Shown piece by piece: positions 58,999 through 64,000 of a stretch of 64,000 nucleotides of DNA. The DNA lies in assembly GCA_024408095.1 (NCBI GenBank), contig JAKSVI010000001.1, positions 33,814-97,813 on the forward strand. Reading direction: 5' to 3'. Position numbers and translations under genes: made by a program. Below the pieces are notes generated by a model. It saw only the letters and a list, made by a program, of their open reading frames with translations. It did no database searches and was not told where the DNA came from. Source of the stretch: Bacilli bacterium (GTDB lineage: Bacteria; Bacillota_I; Bacilli_A; RFN20; CAG-826). Within the stretch, counting starts at the first letter, position 1. Each line of letters begins with the position of its first letter.

Positions 58999-59755
58999 AT
59001 ATTTTTTAACCCTCATTGGTATTATTTTGTTCCTTGGATTATGGGCTCTTATTGCAGCCATTATTCATGAACCAATTTTAATATTTCCAGGGCCAATAGA
59101 TACAATAAAATATTCATTTAAATTATTAGGACAACCAGAAACATATCTACATATCGGCTATTCAGTTTTGAGACTTCTAATTGGATTTCTCATTAGTGCA
59201 GTTTTAGCGTTGATTTTAGGTCTAATTGTAGGTAATTTTAAAAAATCAGGTTATGTATTTAAGCCCACAATTATAGCTCTTAAAACAATTCCGACAGCGG
59301 CTTTAGTTTTATTGCTTCTCAGTGCTGTTGGCGCATCTAACACTCCTATTTATGTGGTTGCAGTTATATGCTTTCCAATTCTATTTGAAGCTGTAGCAGG
59401 AGGAATAGGAAATATTGACCCACAAATCCTTTTTGCGCTTAAAGTAGATGGACAAAATTTTTTCATTGAAAATATAAAAGTAAAAATACCATTAGCAGCA
59501 CCATATATAGTTGTAGGAATGGCATCAAGTTTTGCATTATCTTTTAAAATAGAAATTATGTCTGAAGTCATCGCTGGATCAACTGGCTATGGACTTGGAT
59601 CGGCTATTTCAAAAGCATCAACGGGAAGTGACATGCTAAATAAAGTTCCCTTATTTTCATATGCTTTTATTGCAATCCTACTAGCGTTATTAACATCATT
59701 TCTTTCGTTTGGAATTAAAAAAATTTTTGCATATAAGAAAAAGAGAGCTAGTTAA
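58946..59755 (+). CDS. ABC transporter permease (binding-protein-dependent inner-membrane component, NitT/TauT-like)
   Basis: 269 aa, 6 TM helices. EAA-type loop FEAVAGGIGNIDPQILFALKVDGQNFFIENIKVKIPLAAP. The likely true start is the internal Met at about 58976. No ATPase gene is adjacent. Confidence 0.7.
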   Translation: MLLFLDWKRHMKKFISNKYFLTLIGIILFLGLWALIAAIIHEPILIFPGPIDTIKYSFKLLGQPETYLHIGYSVLRLLIGFLISAVLALILGLIVGNFKKSGYVFKPTIIALKTIPTAALVLLLLSAVGASNTPIYVVAVICFPILFEAVAGGIGNIDPQILFALKVDGQNFFIENIKVKIPLAAPYIVVGMASSFALSFKIEIMSEVIAGSTGYGLGSAISKASTGSDMLNKVPLFSYAFIAILLALLTSFLSFGIKKIFAYKKKRAS

Positions 59756-59764
59756 TTAGCCTCT

Positions 59765-60967
59765 TTAATCTTCAAATATTTCGTTAATAGCATTGCCAAG
59801 TAAGTTACTAGGTTTATTTAGTTTGAAATTCTTAAGAATTGTTGCACCGATATCGCCAAATGTCATTCTTTCTTCAATATAGCGACCATTTTTAATTTTA
59901 GGAGAATAAATTAATAAAGGTATTTTTTCTCGAGTATGATCAGTTCCTGTCCAAGTTGGATCATTACCATGATCGGCAGTAATTACAACTAAATCGTCTT
60001 CTTTCATTGATTTCATGAACTCACCAAGGCGTTTATCAAACCTTTCTAAACATTCGCCATACCCAACTGCATTTCTTCTATGCCCATATTCACTATCAAA
60101 CTCAACGAGATTAACAAAACAAATGCCTGTAAAATCATGGTTGTGTAATTCATCTATAGTTTTATCCATTCCGTCTTCATTAGATACTGTTTTTTGTGTT
60201 TTAGTTACACCATATCCGTCAAATATGTCGCTAATTTTTCCAACACAAGAAACCATAAAATCATTGTCTTGTAAAATATTCATACATGTTGGAACTGATG
60301 GTCTCAATGCAATATCATGTCTGTTTGATGTTCTTTTGAACGTTTCAGAAGAATTTCCTAAATATGGCCTTGCAATGATTCTTCCTACCATCCATTCAGG
60401 TTTCATGCAAATTTCTCTAGCTATTTCACAGCATCTATATAATTCATTAAGGCCTGTAACCTCTTCGTGTGCCGCAATTTGTAACACGCTATCAGCAGAA
60501 GTATAAACGATGAGAGAATTTTCTCGCATTTGTTGTTCACCTAGAACTTTTAATATTTCAGTACCGCTGGCTGCACAATTACCAATAACCTTATGCCCAG
60601 TTTTATCTTCTAGTTCTTTAATTAATTCAGGAGGAAAACCATTTTCTGTAAAGGTTAAGAATGGTTTAGTTGTATGAACGCCCATCATTTCCCAGTGGCC
60701 TGTCATTGTATCTTTTCCGTTGCTCATTTCATTGCTTCTAGCACAATAAGAATGAGGGTGTGATACCTTTTTACAACCATTTATATCATCAAGATCCGCA
60801 ATTCCTAAGGAATTTAGATTTGGGATGTTTAATCCATTTGGCATTTTTTCAGAGATATGCTTAAAAGTATTGGCTCCAAAGTCGCCAAATTTCTCGGCAT
60901 CTTTTTGATAACCGACTCCAGCTGAGTCCATTACTATAATAAATATTCTTTTAAATTTATAATCCAT
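59765..60967 (-). CDS. deoB: Phosphopentomutase
   Basis: 400 aa. N-terminal IFIIVMDSAGVG and metal-binding residues of the alkaline-phosphatase-like core. Confidence 0.9.
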   Translation of the reverse strand: MDYKFKRIFIIVMDSAGVGYQKDAEKFGDFGANTFKHISEKMPNGLNIPNLNSLGIADLDDINGCKKVSHPHSYCARSNEMSNGKDTMTGHWEMMGVHTTKPFLTFTENGFPPELIKELEDKTGHKVIGNCAASGTEILKVLGEQQMRENSLIVYTSADSVLQIAAHEEVTGLNELYRCCEIAREICMKPEWMVGRIIARPYLGNSSETFKRTSNRHDIALRPSVPTCMNILQDNDFMVSCVGKISDIFDGYGVTKTQKTVSNEDGMDKTIDELHNHDFTGICFVNLVEFDSEYGHRRNAVGYGECLERFDKRLGEFMKSMKEDDLVVITADHGNDPTWTGTDHTREKIPLLIYSPKIKNGRYIEERMTFGDIGATILKNFKLNKPSNLLGNAINEIFED

Positions 60968-60996
60968 AACACTACATCTTTCCTTAATATATTAAA

Positions 60997-61887
60997 TTAT
61001 TTCTTTTTCATATACAAATCATACGCGGAAATAATGCGTTTGGTGGAAACATGTGTATAAATTTGTGTTGTTGAGATATTTGTGTGTCCGAGCATTTCTT
61101 GAACAGACCTTAAGTCTGCTCCATTTTCTAATAAATGCGTTGCAAAACTATGTCTCAGAGTGTGAGGCGAAATGTTTTCTATTATTCCAGCGTCAAAGGC
61201 ATATTTTTTAACTCTTTTGAAAAAATAGATTCTTGAAATTGGCTTGCCTTTATTATTTAAAAATAAATATTTGCTGTCCTTATAGCCCATTTTATATCTG
61301 ACTTCATTTATATATTTTGCAATATAATCAACCGCAACTTGTCCTAACGGAACTTTTCTTTCTTTTGACCCTTTACCCATTACATCAATTATTTTTTTGA
61401 CTAAATTGACTTTATTTATTTCAAGTGATAATAATTCGCTGACTCGGAGCCCAGTCGAATACATCGTTTCAAGCATGGCTTTGTCTCTTAATCCGGATTT
61501 TGTTTTTAAATTTGGTGCATTAAGTAACGCTTCAACCTCTTCATAACTTAAACATGTAGGTAATCTTGAAGGCTTTTTAGGAGGCTCCACATCAGGAATA
61601 TCACCAACATAAAGGCCTTCTTTTTTTAAAAATAAGTAAAAATCTTTTGTAGATGCTAATCTTCTTAAAACAGTTGAAACTGATTTTCCTTTGCTCAATT
61701 CAACTCTTACGAATTCTTCTAAAAAATAACCTTCCAGGTCATCTGTATCGCCGACATTTTTATAGAATAAGAAAAATTGTTTTAAATCCTGTGTGTAGGA
61801 AGTAACAGTTTGGGGAGAAAGTCCCTTTTCTACTAATAAAAACTGCATATAATTGTCTATTGCATCATTTATTAACATTTTTTTCAA
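60997..61887 (-). CDS. xerD: Tyrosine recombinase XerD (chromosome dimer resolution)
   Basis: 296 aa. Catalytic R...HxxR...Y pentad region HTLRHSFATHLLENGADLRSVQEMLGHTNISTTQIYTHV. B. subtilis-like ripX-drm(deoB) adjacency. Confidence 0.75.
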   Translation of the reverse strand: MKKMLINDAIDNYMQFLLVEKGLSPQTVTSYTQDLKQFFLFYKNVGDTDDLEGYFLEEFVRVELSKGKSVSTVLRRLASTKDFYLFLKKEGLYVGDIPDVEPPKKPSRLPTCLSYEEVEALLNAPNLKTKSGLRDKAMLETMYSTGLRVSELLSLEINKVNLVKKIIDVMGKGSKERKVPLGQVAVDYIAKYINEVRYKMGYKDSKYLFLNNKGKPISRIYFFKRVKKYAFDAGIIENISPHTLRHSFATHLLENGADLRSVQEMLGHTNISTTQIYTHVSTKRIISAYDLYMKKK

Positions 61888-63052
61888 CCTCGCTGGCTCT
61901 TTTTAATAATGGTTTTTTAAGTTTTCTATTTAGTTCATTTATCAATAATTTTGTTTTACTTTCTTCTTCATATTTTTCATAATCAAAAAAAGTCATTTGT
62001 ACTGCAATTTCTCTAGGGTCAATTAAATTTTGAAGCGTTAGCCCAACAAGTCTAACAGTTTTGTTAGCAAAATTCTTTTCAAAAAGTTTTATTGCAGTTT
62101 GAAAAATTAGTTGACTATCATTTGTTGGTTCTTTCAAAGTTATTGATTTATTTCGAGTTGTAAATAAAGGATCTTTAACAACAATTTGTATTGTGCTACC
62201 TAATTTATTTTCTTTTTTTGCACGATTAGAAACTTCATAAGCAAGATTTTTAAACATAATACTAATTTCATCAATTGAGGATGTATCATGCGGAAACGTT
62301 GAAGAATTGCCAATTGATTTTGGATCGTCAGGACTGCTGACAACTAAATCATCACCATTACCCGAGAGCCAGTCTTTTAAAACATAGGCAAATTTACCTA
62401 ATATGTTCATCGTGTCAAAATCTTCATTCATTAATTTTTCATATAAATCACCAATTGTTTTAACACCAATATTTTCTAATCTCGGACATGTTTTTTTGCC
62501 AACACCAAACATTTTGTCTATTGACAATGGAAATAAAATCGCAGAAATGTCCCGTTTCCTAATAATTGTTACACCCATTGGTTTTTTATAATCACTGCCC
62601 ATTTTAGCTAAAAATTTAGTGGGTCCAACACCAATTGAACATTTTAATTTTGTTTGTTTAAATAAATCTTCCTGGATTGTTTTTAAATATTTCTCAACAT
62701 CCTTAACTTCTCTGATGACATCTGTAAAATCTGCGTACACTTCATCAATGGAGGCAACTTCTACTTTAGGCGTTATTTTTTTAATGTGTTTAACAAATAA
62801 TTCACTAAATGTGTGATAATACGCAAAATCAACAGGCTTAATAATTAAATTAGGGCACAATTGTTTTGCTTTATACATCGGCATTCCGCTATTTACACCA
62901 TATTTACGAGCCTCATATGAACAAGTGGAAACAATTCCACATCTTCCTTCATGGCCAATAGCAACAGCTTTTCCTACCAAAGATGGATTCTTAATTTCCT
63001 CACATCTCACAAAAAAAGCATTTAAATCAATATGGACAATTACCTTACGCAT
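61865..63052 (-). CDS. dinB: DNA polymerase IV (Y-family translesion polymerase)
   Basis: 395 aa. N-terminal IVHIDLNAFFVRCEE (catalytic Asp) and the SIDE motif. Confidence 0.9.
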   Translation of the reverse strand: MRKVIVHIDLNAFFVRCEEIKNPSLVGKAVAIGHEGRCGIVSTCSYEARKYGVNSGMPMYKAKQLCPNLIIKPVDFAYYHTFSELFVKHIKKITPKVEVASIDEVYADFTDVIREVKDVEKYLKTIQEDLFKQTKLKCSIGVGPTKFLAKMGSDYKKPMGVTIIRKRDISAILFPLSIDKMFGVGKKTCPRLENIGVKTIGDLYEKLMNEDFDTMNILGKFAYVLKDWLSGNGDDLVVSSPDDPKSIGNSSTFPHDTSSIDEISIMFKNLAYEVSNRAKKENKLGSTIQIVVKDPLFTTRNKSITLKEPTNDSQLIFQTAIKLFEKNFANKTVRLVGLTLQNLIDPREIAVQMTFFDYEKYEEESKTKLLINELNRKLKKPLLKRASEVEKNVNK

Positions 63053-63093
63053 AAACCATCATTATTATATAATGGCTGGATAGATTATGTTAA

Positions 63094-64000
63094 CTATTTT
63101 GAAGAAATTAGATCAATAATGTCATTTATGGTCAAACCAAATTCTTGTCTTTGTTCTTCGATTGTCGCCTGTTTAACGAAAGTGTTGGGAATTGCTTTAA
63201 CAACAATATCACCTTTATATTTTAAAGAAACAAGTTTGCTTGATAAAATCGAAGCAAAACCTTCCTTAACAGAATATGGATCATAAATAATGATACGTTT
63301 ATAATTTAAGAGCTTTTGAATATATTCTTCATCCATAGGCTTTTGATATATGGCATCAACTAAGGTAACATCAAGATTTTGGGACTTAATTTCACGAGAA
63401 AGCTGAACTCCGACAGGGCCAACGGAAACTATACATGTGTTGTTTCCTTTGATAATTTCCCTCCACTTTCCGTATGAAAGTTCAATGTTTTCTTGTTTCG
63501 TATCATCAAAACTTTCTCTTGGATAACGTATACAAAATGGTCCATGATGGTTAAATGATTCTTTAAATAAAATCTCAGCTTCACATTTACTAGCTGCCAT
63601 TGCGACAGTAACATTTGGAATTCCTAAAAGGAATTGTTCATCATATATGCCTTGATGCGTTTCTCCATCTTGACCTACTAAACCAGCGCGATCGATTAAG
63701 ATTGTAGAATCGCAATTCATTCTCGCCAAATCATGGCTCAATTGGTCGTAACCTCTTTGTAAAAATGTGGAATAAATAGAGATAATTGGATGTAGACCAC
63801 TTATTGAAATAGCGCTGGACATCGTTAAAGCGTGCTCTTCAGCTATTCCAACATCAAAACAACGGTCTGGATATTTATCAAAAACAGGTTTCAAATAGCT
63901 TCCAAATCCTGTTGCTGGAACGATAGTAACAACATTTTTGTCTGTTTCCATCTTTTCAGCAACCAATTTTTCATAAAATTCAGACCAGCTATGGTGATTA
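63094..64000 (-). CDS. dxs: 1-deoxy-D-xylulose-5-phosphate synthase, C-terminal roughly two-thirds. The 5' end lies beyond the window end.
   Basis: The minus-strand frame stays open to base 64000. Transketolase pyrimidine-binding motif DVGIAEEHA and C-terminal domain present. Confidence 0.85.
   Translation of the reverse strand, partial: NHHSWSEFYEKLVAEKMETDKNVVTIVPATGFGSYLKPVFDKYPDRCFDVGIAEEHALTMSSAISISGLHPIISIYSTFLQRGYDQLSHDLARMNCDSTILIDRAGLVGQDGETHQGIYDEQFLLGIPNVTVAMAASKCEAEILFKESFNHHGPFCIRYPRESFDDTKQENIELSYGKWREIIKGNNTCIVSVGPVGVQLSREIKSQNLDVTLVDAIYQKPMDEEYIQKLLNYKRIIIYDPYSVKEGFASILSSKLVSLKYKGDIVVKAIPNTFVKQATIEEQRQEFGLTINDIIDLISSK

Overview
This 64 kb window is a gene-dense, low-GC (about 30%) chromosomal segment from a Firmicutes-type bacterium. 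The synteny suggests Erysipelotrichia or a relative. The standard genetic code applies: TGG codes for Trp and TGA is used as a stop, for example at the dtd/mnmA junction (TGA is a stop, not Trp). Almost the whole window is conserved housekeeping synteny, in this order: pullulanase (3' part), plsC, Sun-family rRNA methyltransferase, pdp, rarA, dtd-mnmA-gpsA, a T-box leader with alaS-ruvX-DUF1292, a split chrA pair, greA, comEA-comEC-holA, rpsT, fmt, lepA, hemW, the CIRCE-controlled hrcA-grpE-dnaK-dnaJ operon, ybeY-cdd-era-recO-glyQS-dnaG-sigA-trmK-nif3, ispH, nfo, ispG, rpmG, efp, yneF-plsY-parE-parC, yqeG-yqeH-yhbY-nadD/yqeK, deoB-xerD-dinB and a partial dxs. Several non-canonical inserts interrupt this backbone. 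(1) A 49-nt near-identical leader element (at least 96% identity) occurs three times, each copy ending 8-9 nt before a start codon: upstream of comEA-comEC, upstream of a C39-peptidase-like membrane protein, and upstream of a frameshifted MazF/EndoA-like toxin gene. The element carries a TTGAAA-N16-TATATA promoter-like core and an inverted repeat (AACYTCC-N14-GGAGGTT) that includes the ribosome-binding site. This looks like an undescribed co-regulated unit linking DNA uptake, a leader-peptidase-like protein and a toxin. (2) A small accessory block sits between the yqeG operon and deoB. It comprises the mazF-like pseudogene, a Crp/Fnr-family regulator with a near-perfect GTGA-N6-TCAC palindrome in its divergent intergenic region, and a lipoprotein plus ABC permease with no ATPase. 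(3) A degenerate, probably catalytically dead Fic-domain protein and a small membrane protein are inserted in the normally tight lepA-hemW junction. (4) A standalone adenylation-thiolation (A-T) didomain protein lies next to rpsT. (5) A DinG/XPD-type Fe-S helicase carries an N-terminal RecB-like PD-(D/E)XK nuclease domain. No rRNA, tRNA, CRISPR array or transposase was recognised.
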